A stretch of DNA of 63,544 nt from an uncultured Bacillota bacterium (GCA_947246355.1 CAMXQX010000001.1:1-63544), one strand, 5' to 3'. Shown: positions 1 to 10,567, counted from the stretch's first letter. Numbers and translations: made by a program. Notes: generated by a model not told the origin, from the letters alone.

Positions 1-8
1 ATCCCAAG

Positions 9-45
9 AAAAAAGCTGAATAGAATTTGTTCATTTCTACTCAGC
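9..45 (-). terminator. Rho-independent terminator downstream of addA
   Basis: On the minus strand, an 11-bp stem GCUGAGUAGAA/UUCUAUUCAGC (one G-U pair) with a 9-nt loop, followed by a U6 run, directly after the addA stop. Confidence 0.6.
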
Positions 46-57
46 CCCTTTTTTTGT

Positions 58-3000
58 CTATTCTTCTACTTGTTCCATCTGATTTTGTAAAATAGAATAA
101 AGATAAAGAAAAACATCTTTTCCCGTTTTTTCTTGTATATAATCTTTATACCCCTTTAACTGTTTTAAATACTCTTTTTCTTTGGTATTATTTAATTTAT
201 AATCAATAAGCACAATATGTGTTTCATAAACAAGCATTAAATCAATAATACCATGATAATGTACATTTTCTTTGGTATAAATAAATTCGTATTCCTTAAA
301 AATTTGGGCTTTCTGTCTATCTTTTACTATTTCTTGCTTTAAAAATGCATCTATATATTTTTGGTATTTTGTATTGGAAGGTTCTTCAAAATCGATTTGT
401 TCAAACGCTCTATGAATTTCTAGCCCCTCTCTTATTTCCGTTTTGGTCTTTTCATCCATAAGTTCCATCGTTTTTTTAGAGTATGTTTTTCTCCTTTGTC
501 CTTGCGTTTTAAAACAAAGTTCTGAGACAAAGATGGTTTCCACCTCTTCTTTCCTTTCCAAAGCAACCTTACTTTTTTTCTTTGGCATTTCTATTTGTAC
601 TTCTTTAATATAAGGTTCTATTATTTGCTGTGTATACCATAAAAAATCATAAAAACTTTTCATTTCTTTTTGCTTTGGAGGATTCCCTTCTTTAAATTTA
701 GGACAAACAAAAATCATTTTCTCTTTTGCCCTTGTAAGTGCTACATAGAACAAACGAATTTTTTCACTAACTTCTTCCTTTTTATATTTTTCTTTTAAAA
801 GGGTTTTCACCACCGTATCACGAATACCTTCATCATAGTAAGGCAAAAGAATTCCATATTCTTTGTCGTACAAAAATAATTCATTTAAATCCGATGTATT
901 AAACTTTTTCGTAAGTCCTGCGAAATAGCAAATAGGAAATTCAAGACCCTTCGATTTATGAATAGTCATAAAGGAAACGCTGTTTCCTCCGCCTCTAGGA
1001 CTTGCTATTTTTATATCCATTGTATTGGTAGAAATTTCATCGAAAAACTTCTGTAAATCATAAGACGTGTACCCCATTTTCTCTAATTCCTCCGCTAAAT
1101 TTAAAACGGTATCTATTAATTTTATATTCTCTTGGTAATCACCAATCTTATAAAGTTTCTCTTCTATTTCTAGATCTTGTATCATCTCTTCTAACAACAA
1201 AGAAGGGGGAAGTGTTTCCTCTTTTTTCTTTAAGGCAACTATTTTTTTATAAATTTCTGTTTCCTTTATTTTTTTATTCATAACAATGGAAAACAGTTCT
1301 TCATCGCTATACTCGTATAAAAAACTTCTAGCAAGGGACAGAAAATAAAAAGTAAAATCTTCCCCTTTAGAAAGAGCAAAAAGAAAATGAAGACCATTTT
1401 TTATAATTTGCAATAAATCGTTTTCTAAAATAGAAGTCTCTTTTAAAATCGTAAGAGGGATCTGATAGGATTCAAATATTTTCTTGTATTCATCTGCACT
1501 GGTTGTTCGGTCCAATAAAATAGCAAAATCTTGAAAGGTAATAGGGCGAAGACACTCCTCTTCCTTATCATAAACTTTATAACCCTCTTCTATCTTTTTT
1601 AAAATATCTTGGGCAATGATGTGGGCTTCCATTTCACTTGTATTTGTTGTATCTTCATATGTATAAATAGACATATGGTAGTCATTTGCCATCGCATATG
1701 AAACATAATCTTGGTTTCCAAAAAGCATTTGATGGGATACAGTGTAGTCGGCACCTCCAAAATCAAGATGCATGAGTTTAGAAAAAAGATGATTGATATC
1801 TTCAATTACTTCGCTTCTTGAACGAAAATTTTGATTCATATCAATTTTAATTCCCCCTTGCTTTAGAGAAAATTTTTCATATTTTTCTTTAAAAATAGTA
1901 GGATTGGCATTGCGAAAACGATATATAGACTGTTTTACATCCCCTACCATATAACAATTATTATTTTTAAATAAAGAGAGGAATGCTTCCCCAATATCAT
2001 TGGTGTCTTGGTATTCATCAATCATAATTTCCTTAAATTTTTTTTGCAAATCCCTTCGTATATCTTCGTTCTTTTGCAGCAATTGTATGGCTAACTTCTC
2101 AATATCTATAAATTCAAATAGATCATTTTCTTTTTTAAACTTCCAAACCTTTTCATCCAATTCTTGTATGATTTTTAATACCATTTCTACCATCGGCTGG
2201 TTTTTTAAATATCCTTTTATTTTCTCTTCGATGTCTTCTTCTTGCAAAGAACAAAATTCCTCTAGTTTTTTCTTGATTTTTTCTTTTGTTTTTTTTGCTT
2301 CTATACTGCTTTCTTTGGGAAGAGAAGGAAGGCGCATTAAAAGATGAGTTGCAAAAATATTTTCTAAAACTTTTTGTAACTTTTCTAAATAAGAACCATC
2401 CACCTCTCTTTTTAGAACTTCCATGCAATCCCAAATTTCTGTTTTCATCTCTTCCAATAAAAACATATATTCTTTTCTTATTTTGGCTTTATATTCTTCT
2501 CCAAAAAAGTGAAAACTATATTCTTTTAAAAATGTTTCTTTATCAACTTCTTGTTCCATTTTTTGATCCAAAAGAAGAAGGGCTTCACGAATCTTTTTAT
2601 CGTCTTTAGAGGTGAATGTTTTTAAAAGTTCAAAAAAACATTCCTCTTCTCTTTCATAATATTGTGCAAATAGGAAATCTAACTTCTCTCTTTTTACTTT
2701 TTCAATAAAAGCGGCACTCACAATTGATACATCTTTTCCTATATTTTCCTTATAATGGTATTTCTTCACAATCGAAAGAGCAAAACTATCAAAAGTAGTA
2801 ATATAAGCAGAATCAATACGATTCAGTTGTTCCCTTAAAGAAACATCTTCCTTCATTTTGTTACGAATTCTTTGCTTCATCTCACTTGCCGCAGCATTGG
2901 TAAATGTTAAAATCAAAAGAGAATCGATCGGAATTCCCTTTTTCAATTTTTGAAGAACTCTTTCTGTTAAAACCGCTGTCTTTCCGCTCCCTGCTCCCGC

Positions 3001-3066
3001 GGAAACAAGTATATCCATCCCCTCTTCTGCAATGGCTCTTTGCTGCTCAATTGTCCATTTTGGCAT
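58..3066 (-). CDS. addA: ATP-dependent helicase/nuclease subunit A (AddA/RexA, UvrD-like)
   Basis: 1002-aa ORF. Walker A is AGAGSGKTAVL and UvrD-type helicase motifs are present. C-terminal RecB-type nuclease motif GIIDLM...LIDYK. Overlaps the addB stop. Confidence 0.92.
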   Translation of the reverse strand: MPKWTIEQQRAIAEEGMDILVSAGAGSGKTAVLTERVLQKLKKGIPIDSLLILTFTNAAASEMKQRIRNKMKEDVSLREQLNRIDSAYITTFDSFALSIVKKYHYKENIGKDVSIVSAAFIEKVKREKLDFLFAQYYEREEECFFELLKTFTSKDDKKIREALLLLDQKMEQEVDKETFLKEYSFHFFGEEYKAKIRKEYMFLLEEMKTEIWDCMEVLKREVDGSYLEKLQKVLENIFATHLLMRLPSLPKESSIEAKKTKEKIKKKLEEFCSLQEEDIEEKIKGYLKNQPMVEMVLKIIQELDEKVWKFKKENDLFEFIDIEKLAIQLLQKNEDIRRDLQKKFKEIMIDEYQDTNDIGEAFLSLFKNNNCYMVGDVKQSIYRFRNANPTIFKEKYEKFSLKQGGIKIDMNQNFRSRSEVIEDINHLFSKLMHLDFGGADYTVSHQMLFGNQDYVSYAMANDYHMSIYTYEDTTNTSEMEAHIIAQDILKKIEEGYKVYDKEEECLRPITFQDFAILLDRTTSADEYKKIFESYQIPLTILKETSILENDLLQIIKNGLHFLFALSKGEDFTFYFLSLARSFLYEYSDEELFSIVMNKKIKETEIYKKIVALKKKEETLPPSLLLEEMIQDLEIEEKLYKIGDYQENIKLIDTVLNLAEELEKMGYTSYDLQKFFDEISTNTMDIKIASPRGGGNSVSFMTIHKSKGLEFPICYFAGLTKKFNTSDLNELFLYDKEYGILLPYYDEGIRDTVVKTLLKEKYKKEEVSEKIRLFYVALTRAKEKMIFVCPKFKEGNPPKQKEMKSFYDFLWYTQQIIEPYIKEVQIEMPKKKSKVALERKEEVETIFVSELCFKTQGQRRKTYSKKTMELMDEKTKTEIREGLEIHRAFEQIDFEEPSNTKYQKYIDAFLKQEIVKDRQKAQIFKEYEFIYTKENVHYHGIIDLMLVYETHIVLIDYKLNNTKEKEYLKQLKGYKDYIQEKTGKDVFLYLYSILQNQMEQVEE

Positions 3067-5383
3067 AACTGTCTCCTCCTAAAAACGATAAATCTTCTTT
3101 TTCTTTTAATTCTATAATATCTTTCTCTTTTTGAAAACAAATACTCCTATAAGGACAATAAGGACAGCTAACATTTTCATTTCTTAATTTCTTAGGATTA
3201 ATGGTGAAATGCGCTTCCGTAATCTCCTCAATCATTTGTTCAATTTTCTCCTCCACAAGGGTACATAAAGCATCCAAATCCTGTTCACTTAAAACTTTAC
3301 TATAAGGATAAAAGCCATTTTTAGAAATTTTCATTCCCTTGATAAAACGACTATCGACAATGGTTTCATCCAAATGAAGGAGAAGATCCGAATCAGAAAG
3401 AGAATATCCATTTAATTTTAGCGAATCTTTTTTTTGTTCCTCTTCTGTTTTGTTTTTCTTGTATCTAAAATTTTTTTCTAAGATATTTTGTAAATAAAAA
3501 CCAATTACCTTTTTTTTATCGTCACTTTTCCTTGCAATATAATAATAAATCGGAAGTTGCATGTTAAGGCCATAATAACAATCCTTTAAATTAAAGTGAG
3601 TATTTCCTGTTTTATAATCTATAATAACTGCTAAATTATGTTCTGTATCTATCCATTTTTTATCAATAATTCCCATAAATGTCACGTTGCATTTATTCTC
3701 AAAAGGAAGAAGTACCTTTGTTTCTACCTCTTCTTCATTAAAAGAAGAATGGGTTTTAAATTCTTCATAAAAGGAAAGTGTTTTATTTAAATCGAGAAGA
3801 TTTTGCTTTAAATAGAAACTTTCTTGCTTAGACAAAACAATATTGTTTTCCTTTAAATAATGTTCTGTATACTCTTGTATATTTTGGGGTTTTTCTTTTA
3901 AAATGGTATGAAACAAGGTTCCTAAAAAGGAGGAGAAAGTAAAAGTAGAAGGATTGAGTTTTAATACGAACTGCAGATAATACTTAAAGGAACATTCATA
4001 AAAACAATTGAGTGCAGAATACGAAAGCAAGAAAGGATGTTTTAAAAAGGCAAGCCAATCCTTTTGGACCACCCCTTTAAATGCATTGTCATAAGATAGA
4101 TAAGAAAGGGAATAATTGTTCTTTAGGGAAAGAAAAGAAGAAGAGGAAGTACCATACTTACGATGTCTATCCAAAAGGGTTAACAAATTGCATTTATTTT
4201 GGATATGACTATAGTGACTAATGTATAAAGGCTCTCTTTCATAGATAAGGGTATCATCCAGTAGAGCAGAAGGATAATAGAATACACCTTCGTCTTCTTG
4301 AATAAAGTAAACTTTCTTATTTTTGATTTTTTCAATTGCTTTTTTGGTTCCTTGGTATGTAAGCAAATTGAATGTATTGGTATCTTCTAAAATGGATGGT
4401 TTTATCGCATCGTATAAAAAATCCTCATCACGATAGGTTTTAGGAAGAAAAGAAGCATTGGCATTCAAAATAAAAACATAGTCCTCTTCTTCAAAAACGT
4501 TATCAAGAAGGGGTTCGATTTGTAAAAAGATTCCCTCTTCTTCTGTGATACAAATTTCTTTTGCGTATCCATCCAATAAAACGTCTAATGAATACCTTTC
4601 TAAATGATGAATTTGATTTAATTTGTGCAAAAGCTCCTCCATGTAAGGAGAAGAAATAGAAGCAAAATCCCCTTTTAAAATGGCTTCTTTTATCTTCTTA
4701 TAAATAGGTGTTGCATAAAGGTATTTTTTTTCTTTTTGTAAAGGAATGTGGTAATTTTTAGCGATTCTTTTTATTTTTCTATACATCTCTTTTTGGACAT
4801 TGACAAGATAGATTTTGTCTAAAGAAACACCCTTTGCAACTAAAGAGGCAATTTCTTCAAAAATACACTTGATCTGTTCTTCCATATTTAGGCATTTATA
4901 CGCTTCTGTTAAGGGATAGAGCATAGGTTCTCTGTATTGTACTTCTGTATACCTTTTCAACTCTTCTATCATTTTTTGATCAAATTGCGTCAAAATATCG
5001 TATCCATAAAGAAGAACCAAAGTATTTTTCAAATAAGAATAGAAAGTAGGATTATATAATAGTAAACCTTCTTTTTCTAACGTCTCTTTCATAGACCGAA
5101 GAAACTCCATATTGGTTTCTTTTTGCTCATCAATGTAATAAAGATTTTCTAAATATAGTTTAGCAACTTCTCTTTTTATTTTGTATTTTTTTTGCAGAAA
5201 ACAAATTGCATTTTCGTCGGTTTCAAAATATAGATTATTTCTTATCTCTTTTAAAGTCATTAATTTAAAAGGGAAAAAAAGGTGTTGCTTGTCCATAAAA
5301 AGAAGTATCTTTTGCTTAACTGTTGGGGGAACAATTAAAAGTGTTCGCTTGTGCAGTTCCTTCAAAAATTCCATCAAAATCAC
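3047..5383 (-). CDS. addB: Helicase-nuclease subunit B (AddB/RexB), compact form with C-terminal Fe-S/nuclease domain
   Basis: 778 aa, immediately upstream of addA. Nuclease motif IIDYKTG. Cys pattern is C...CPYCPYRSIC, matching the AddB 4-Cys cluster. No GxxxxGK[ST] Walker A found. Confidence 0.85.
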   Translation of the reverse strand: MILMEFLKELHKRTLLIVPPTVKQKILLFMDKQHLFFPFKLMTLKEIRNNLYFETDENAICFLQKKYKIKREVAKLYLENLYYIDEQKETNMEFLRSMKETLEKEGLLLYNPTFYSYLKNTLVLLYGYDILTQFDQKMIEELKRYTEVQYREPMLYPLTEAYKCLNMEEQIKCIFEEIASLVAKGVSLDKIYLVNVQKEMYRKIKRIAKNYHIPLQKEKKYLYATPIYKKIKEAILKGDFASISSPYMEELLHKLNQIHHLERYSLDVLLDGYAKEICITEEEGIFLQIEPLLDNVFEEEDYVFILNANASFLPKTYRDEDFLYDAIKPSILEDTNTFNLLTYQGTKKAIEKIKNKKVYFIQEDEGVFYYPSALLDDTLIYEREPLYISHYSHIQNKCNLLTLLDRHRKYGTSSSSFLSLKNNYSLSYLSYDNAFKGVVQKDWLAFLKHPFLLSYSALNCFYECSFKYYLQFVLKLNPSTFTFSSFLGTLFHTILKEKPQNIQEYTEHYLKENNIVLSKQESFYLKQNLLDLNKTLSFYEEFKTHSSFNEEEVETKVLLPFENKCNVTFMGIIDKKWIDTEHNLAVIIDYKTGNTHFNLKDCYYGLNMQLPIYYYIARKSDDKKKVIGFYLQNILEKNFRYKKNKTEEEQKKDSLKLNGYSLSDSDLLLHLDETIVDSRFIKGMKISKNGFYPYSKVLSEQDLDALCTLVEEKIEQMIEEITEAHFTINPKKLRNENVSCPYCPYRSICFQKEKDIIELKEKEDLSFLGGDSYAKMDN

Positions 5384-5560
5384 CTTTCTTTTTTACAAAA
5401 TACTTTTTTCTATTTTTATAGAATTCTATCCTTAGCACACTTTTAACAAGAAAAATATTTTGTTGCTGTTTTTTATCCATTCCTCTTGGATTCATTATAC
5501 TTAAATTCTTAGAAATACGCAATAACTCGAAAGAATTATAAGAAAAAAAAGGGTATTCCC

Positions 5561-6553
5561 TTAATTTTCTGCTTCCTCTAACATCGTTGTAATAAAGATA
5601 CCGTATCCCTTTTCTGGACTATTCACAACAACGTGCGTCACAGCACCTATAATAAAGTCTCCTTGAATAATGGGGCTACCAGACATTCCTTGAACAATGC
5701 CACCCGTTTTTTCTAATAATTCTTTATCTTTGATTTCAAATAAAATATTTTTCAAATCATGACTATCCTCGTTTATTTTTAAAATTTCAATGTCGTACAT
5801 TTCAATCTTGTCATTTTCGGTTACAGTAAGAATTGTAGCACTTCCCTTTTTGATTTGGTTTGGTTCTGCCACTTGATAAAGTGTATCTTTTCTATAATTG
5901 TCTACGTAAGTTCCAAAAATTCCACTATTTTTATTTTCTGCAATTTCTCCAAGTTCTTCGTTTTGATGAAGTGTTGCATTTTTACTTCCAGGAGTTCCTG
6001 CATCGCTTCTATCAATACTAGTAACCGTAGAGGAAAAGATTTTCCCCTCTTTTACTTCCAACATGATTCCCGTTTTAGAATCGGCTACCTCATGGCCTAG
6101 GGCTCCAAATAGTTTGGTAGAAGGATCTACAAACGTTAAAGTTCCAATGCCAGTAATTGTATCCTTTACATATAAACCGGTTTTATAAATGTTATTTTCA
6201 TCTTGAACAACTGTCAAAGTCGTATCATATATTTTTCCATCCCGTTTATACGATACTTGTACAGAATCTTGGCTAATTTTGGAAAGAAGAGATACCATTT
6301 CATCAATATTTTGAATGGCCTTTCCATTTATTTTGACAATAGTATCGCCCTCTTTTAAATTGGCCTCTTTGCAAAGATCTCGTCCATCGACTAAATAACT
6401 TCCAACGATAAGGACACCGTCTGATTTGATCTCAATTCCAATATTTTCCCCACCTGCATAAATTTTATCAGAATAGGCATAAATGGAATTGGTTAAAATA
6501 AAGAATGTGAGAAGAAACAAAAAGGATGCTTTTTTCCATTTTTTTAAAAACAT
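5561..6553 (-). CDS. spoIVB: SpoIVB peptidase (S55 family, PDZ domain)
   Basis: Signal/TM N-terminus and a PDZ-like segment (EGDTIVKINGKAI). C-terminal S55 motif GGIVQGMSGSPII...GAVTHV. Confidence 0.88.
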   Translation of the reverse strand: MFLKKWKKASFLFLLTFFILTNSIYAYSDKIYAGGENIGIEIKSDGVLIVGSYLVDGRDLCKEANLKEGDTIVKINGKAIQNIDEMVSLLSKISQDSVQVSYKRDGKIYDTTLTVVQDENNIYKTGLYVKDTITGIGTLTFVDPSTKLFGALGHEVADSKTGIMLEVKEGKIFSSTVTSIDRSDAGTPGSKNATLHQNEELGEIAENKNSGIFGTYVDNYRKDTLYQVAEPNQIKKGSATILTVTENDKIEMYDIEILKINEDSHDLKNILFEIKDKELLEKTGGIVQGMSGSPIIQGDFIIGAVTHVVVNSPEKGYGIFITTMLEEAEN

Positions 6554-6644
6554 GAAAACATCTCCTTTATCTTAAACAGACTACATTATTAGTATCAACC
6601 ACTTTTTTGTACTTATAGGTTGTAATTTTTGCCAAAGAAGATTT

Positions 6645-7694
6645 TTAAAAAGAAATTCTTCTTCCACCCCATTCTACAACTGTAAATCCTGTCCTTTTTA
6701 TAGATTTTAAATCCTGCTCCTTTACTTCTTTCTCTTCTAAAAGAGGCGCATAATCCATCATAATACGCAGGAAGGTATCTGGTGTCTTTGAGAAAGTAAT
6801 ATTTCTAGCTTCATTCATCTTTTCTGTCGTGCGAAAATGAATATAATTATAAGGGTTGTTCTCTAATTTATCTATCCAATAAATGATAAATTCATTGATT
6901 TCTCTTTCGTTTAATCCCAAATAAGAAAGCTTTTCTTCCAAAAAAGATACCGTTTTATCTCCTGCCACAACAAATCCTACAGTCGTATCTATTTTTGTAG
7001 TATCTCGTCCCTCCCAGTAAAGTGCATAATAATTTCTTTTGGTATGGTAATCATAAATATTTCCGTTGGGAAACACATGAATATTCCAGCCTTTTTCATA
7101 CTTAGGATAAGTATGTGTCAAAGAAGAGGCGTTTTCTAAAAAGATTTGCAAATCCATCTCCTCGGTCGGATAAATATAAAGAATTGGCTTATAAGCTACA
7201 TTGGTATCGCATTGCATGGAAGAAGTTGTTCGCATATAAGGTTCGATCTTCTCTATTCTCTCTACACTTTTTTCCATCTCGTAAATATAAGTAATTGTTT
7301 CTTTACTACATACACCACAAGACAAATTATTATTTAGATATAGTTTTACAGTTTCTCCTATGGTTTCCATTTTATCCAGTGTAATATTCTCTCCACATGG
7401 ATTCACATCCATTGTTAAGAACAAAAATTTTTTTCCATCTTTTAAAGCTTGTTCTAAATCCTCTTCTGTTCTAATGGAAGAGTGCATAAATGAAAAAACA
7501 GCATTTTCTTTTTTATTCTGTACATATTCTTCGTATGAAGAATAGAAAAAAAATTGGTTCTCCGTTATTTCGCTTAATTTTTTATATTCTTGAACAATGA
7601 CATATTCTTTTTTCTGCCTAAAATGTTGTATTTCTATCAAAAGAAAAACAAGAAAAATCGCCACTCCTATAAATAGTATTTTCTTTTTTTTCAT
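6645..7694 (-). CDS. Hypothetical membrane-anchored protein
   Basis: 349-aa ORF with an N-terminal KKKK + TM helix (ILFIGVAIFLVFLLI). No family recognised. Confidence 0.6.
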   Translation of the reverse strand: MKKKKILFIGVAIFLVFLLIEIQHFRQKKEYVIVQEYKKLSEITENQFFFYSSYEEYVQNKKENAVFSFMHSSIRTEEDLEQALKDGKKFLFLTMDVNPCGENITLDKMETIGETVKLYLNNNLSCGVCSKETITYIYEMEKSVERIEKIEPYMRTTSSMQCDTNVAYKPILYIYPTEEMDLQIFLENASSLTHTYPKYEKGWNIHVFPNGNIYDYHTKRNYYALYWEGRDTTKIDTTVGFVVAGDKTVSFLEEKLSYLGLNEREINEFIIYWIDKLENNPYNYIHFRTTEKMNEARNITFSKTPDTFLRIMMDYAPLLEEKEVKEQDLKSIKRTGFTVVEWGGRRISF

Positions 7695-7751
7695 AAAGTT
7701 CCCTCAAATTTTCCTTTTTGTATTTCTTTTTTTATACAAAATCCATCTTTT

Positions 7752-7967
7752 CTAATTTTCTATTGTAAAATCTTCTTCTGTTTCTTTTACAATTTTACTA
7801 ACGCGTTCTTCTACTTTTTTTAAAGAATTGTCGCATTCTTTTACAAGTTTCATCGCTTTGGTATATACTTCAATCGACTCATCCAATCCATACTCCCCAT
7901 TTTCTAAAGATGCAATCATTGTTTCCAATTCCTTCATATTTTCTTCAATTGTTCTCTTTTTTTCCAT
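7752..7967 (-). CDS. xseB: Exodeoxyribonuclease VII small subunit
   Basis: 71 aa. LENGEYGLDESIEVYTKAMKLVKEC is typical of XseB. Overlaps the xseA stop. Confidence 0.9.
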   Translation of the reverse strand: MEKKRTIEENMKELETMIASLENGEYGLDESIEVYTKAMKLVKECDNSLKKVEERVSKIVKETEEDFTIEN

Positions 7968-9231
7968 TTTCTTTGACCTCCATTATTTTTGCTGTAACAA
8001 TTCCATTATATAAATGAATATGTAGGATATCTTCCTTTTTTACTTCCTGGATATCCTTAATAACTTTTTCTTCTAAATACGTAATGGAATATCCCCTTTT
8101 TAAGGTGGCTAAAGGGTTCAATACTTCTAGTTTTTCCATTTCCTTCGTAAGAGCAAGTTTGTGTTTTTCAAATAAAATACTTGGGTGATTTAAAATACGA
8201 TTCTTTTTTATTTGTCCTAGTAGAAGTTTTTTGTCGTTTATTTTTTTAAGCAAAATATCTCTCAATTTTTCTGTGTAAATATCAAGTGTTTGCCTTTTTT
8301 GTTCAAAGAGCATATGTGGGGTTTTGATCACAAATGAACCTTTTAAACCATCCATTACTAACTCTAAATATTTTACTTTTTTTAAGATGGCTTCGTTTAA
8401 ACGTATCTTGTATTGATTCACTAAATTTAATAAATCCAAAATATTGGGCACAGCCATCTCTGCTGCTCCTGTTGGCGTGGGGGATCGTAAATCGGCAACA
8501 AAGTCGGCAATTGTAAAATCAACCTCATGCCCTACGGCACTGATAACTGGTGTTTTACATGCAAAGATAGTTCTAGCCACCCCTTCATCATTGAAACAAT
8601 TCAAATCTTCAAAAGACCCTCCTCCTCGACCTACAATTAAGACATCTAGACCGTAGTTGTCCGCTTTTTGAATTTGTCTTACAATATCCTGCGGTGCAGT
8701 TTCTCCTTGTACCAAACACGGAAATAAATAGGTCTCACAAATGGGATATCTTCTTTCAATCGTAGATAAAATATCACGAATAGCCGCCCCTGTAGAAGCG
8801 GTTACAATACCAATTCGATTTGGATACTTGGGAATTTTTTTCTTATATTTTGTATCAAATAAACCTTCTTCTTCAAGTTTTTTCTTTAATTTTTCAAAAG
8901 CAATATAAAGGTTTCCAATACCATCTTCTTGCATCTCATTTACATAAATTTGATAAGTTCCTCCAGCTTCATAAACACGGATAGAACCCGTCACTAGGAC
9001 CTTCATCCCTTCTTTAGGCTCAAAAGTAAGGCTTGTTGTACTTCCCTTAAACATAATTGCTTTCATAATACTATTTTCATCTTTTAAAGAAAAATACATG
9101 TGTCCCGATGAATGACTTTTAAAGTTAGATATCTCCCCTCTTAAATATACATTTTTTAAATGCGGATCTCCATCCATACGATGTTTAATATAACGGGTGA
9201 TGGCTGTTATGCTTAAATACTTATCATCCAT
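7945..9231 (-). CDS. xseA: Exodeoxyribonuclease VII large subunit
   Basis: 428 aa with an N-terminal OB-fold (VYLRGEISNFKSHSSGHMYFSLKDE), a catalytic core and a coiled-coil tail. Confidence 0.92.
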   Translation of the reverse strand: MDDKYLSITAITRYIKHRMDGDPHLKNVYLRGEISNFKSHSSGHMYFSLKDENSIMKAIMFKGSTTSLTFEPKEGMKVLVTGSIRVYEAGGTYQIYVNEMQEDGIGNLYIAFEKLKKKLEEEGLFDTKYKKKIPKYPNRIGIVTASTGAAIRDILSTIERRYPICETYLFPCLVQGETAPQDIVRQIQKADNYGLDVLIVGRGGGSFEDLNCFNDEGVARTIFACKTPVISAVGHEVDFTIADFVADLRSPTPTGAAEMAVPNILDLLNLVNQYKIRLNEAILKKVKYLELVMDGLKGSFVIKTPHMLFEQKRQTLDIYTEKLRDILLKKINDKKLLLGQIKKNRILNHPSILFEKHKLALTKEMEKLEVLNPLATLKRGYSITYLEEKVIKDIQEVKKEDILHIHLYNGIVTAKIMEVKENGKKENN

Positions 9232-9634
9232 TTTCTTGTTCCTTTAATGCTTTATCTAAACAAGCGTTAATCATCTTGCGAACACTGTCATCGCTATAAA
9301 GTTTCGCAAGCTCTACTGCCTCATTAATACATACAATATTTGGTGTATCTGTATAAATTAATTCATACAATCCCATTTCTAATATTGCTTTATCTGTATT
9401 TCCAAGACGATTGATGGTCCATCCATCTAAATATCGATTTGCTACTGCATCCAATTCGCTTTGATAGGTAAGGACACCATATACAATCTCTTTTACAAAT
9501 TCATTGTCAATGGGCGATACCTCCTTGATAACTTCATCTACTTCATATTCTATATGATTTTTTGTATAAACGCCTATTTGGTATAAAATTGTCATAATCG
9601 TAACTCTAAGCTCACTTCTTGTTTTATGTTCCAT
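9224..9634 (-). CDS. nusB: Transcription antitermination factor NusB
   Basis: 136 aa. The pattern LYELIY..DTP..V.INEAVELAK is characteristic of NusB. Confidence 0.9.
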   Translation of the reverse strand: MEHKTRSELRVTIMTILYQIGVYTKNHIEYEVDEVIKEVSPIDNEFVKEIVYGVLTYQSELDAVANRYLDGWTINRLGNTDKAILEMGLYELIYTDTPNIVCINEAVELAKLYSDDSVRKMINACLDKALKEQENG

Positions 9635-9691
9635 ACAATCACCTATTTCAATTGTACCATAAATAAAATCGAATTGGTATCTTTAAAGTTT

Positions 9692-9714
9692 AAAAAAGTA
9701 CCAATAGGTACCTT
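9692..9714 (-). terminator. Rho-independent terminator after the 246-aa orphan gene
   Basis: Minus-strand RNA AAGGUACC-UAUU-GGUACUU followed by a U run. It separates the orphan gene from nusB. Confidence 0.55.
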
Positions 9715-9733
9715 GTTAGTTGTATATAAAATT

Positions 9734-10474
9734 TTATCTTTGTTTTTGATGCGCATATCCTAAATACTGTTGAACTTCCTCTGGAAACTGATCCATTTTT
9801 TCCCTCTGTTTTGCTGCTACATCCTCTTCGGACATAGACATCACTTTTCCATTTGCCCTTTGATAAACATCGGCTTCATTTAATAAAGCAATATAGTTTT
9901 CCGAATTCCATTGTTCTACAAATTCGCAATGCTCTAAAAGGGTTTGTATTTCTTGATTACGAATGTTACCATAGCTTCTAAAAAAGGTCCCATCTGCATA
10001 ATTTCTGCCACTACCTTTAGCTAATAATTGGTATGCTTCTAAAGAAGCACCTTCTTTCAATTTAGAGGCTTGGAAATACAATGCACTACTCTTAATATTG
10101 GTATCACTTCCTAAAGTTAGACCTTCTTGGGTAGATGTGGCATGATAAAGGAGTCCACTTGGATGAAATAAAACAACTTCCTTGGCTTGCTTTCCAGCTA
10201 AGTCAGTTACTCCTGCATACTGAAAGTCATTTATTGCTATCATTCTAAATCCCATTTCTTGCAATTCTTTCACTTTTTTGCCAAATGGGGTTTGCGCTAA
10301 ACCACCCAATTGTAAATTATTGACACAGGAATCCAAAGCAGAAAGATTTTTACTCGCCACACTGGTTAAAAATGATATTTTCTCTTCCTCACTCCAACTG
10401 TCATAACTTTTTCCAAAGTACGTTTCCCATTGAAATATATCTTCATTGGTAATATGCAAATTTAATCCTGTCAT
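9734..10474 (-). CDS. Hypothetical protein (no recognised family)
   Basis: 246-aa ORF with no TM segment or motif I can name. It has its own downstream terminator. Confidence 0.6.
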   Translation of the reverse strand: MTGLNLHITNEDIFQWETYFGKSYDSWSEEEKISFLTSVASKNLSALDSCVNNLQLGGLAQTPFGKKVKELQEMGFRMIAINDFQYAGVTDLAGKQAKEVVLFHPSGLLYHATSTQEGLTLGSDTNIKSSALYFQASKLKEGASLEAYQLLAKGSGRNYADGTFFRSYGNIRNQEIQTLLEHCEFVEQWNSENYIALLNEADVYQRANGKVMSMSEEDVAAKQREKMDQFPEEVQQYLGYAHQKQR

Positions 10475-10567
10475 AATCCCATCTCCTATTATTACTATAA
10501 CAAATAAAGTGGTCTCTGTCGACCCATTTTAGAGAAATATTTACAAAAAAAAGAACTTTTGCCTTGA

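Noticed and set aside
2000-2609. Plus-strand ORFs (115 aa, 107 aa) and a minus-strand 93-aa ORF inside addA. Similar antisense or overlapping ORFs occur throughout, e.g. 12301..12756, 23528..23827, 28722..29039, 41892..42299 and 43809..44180.
   Set aside because: They lie entirely within, or antisense to, well-supported conserved CDS. Their compositions are low-complexity (S/F/L/I-rich), as expected from reading AT-rich coding DNA in the wrong frame. They have no RBS.
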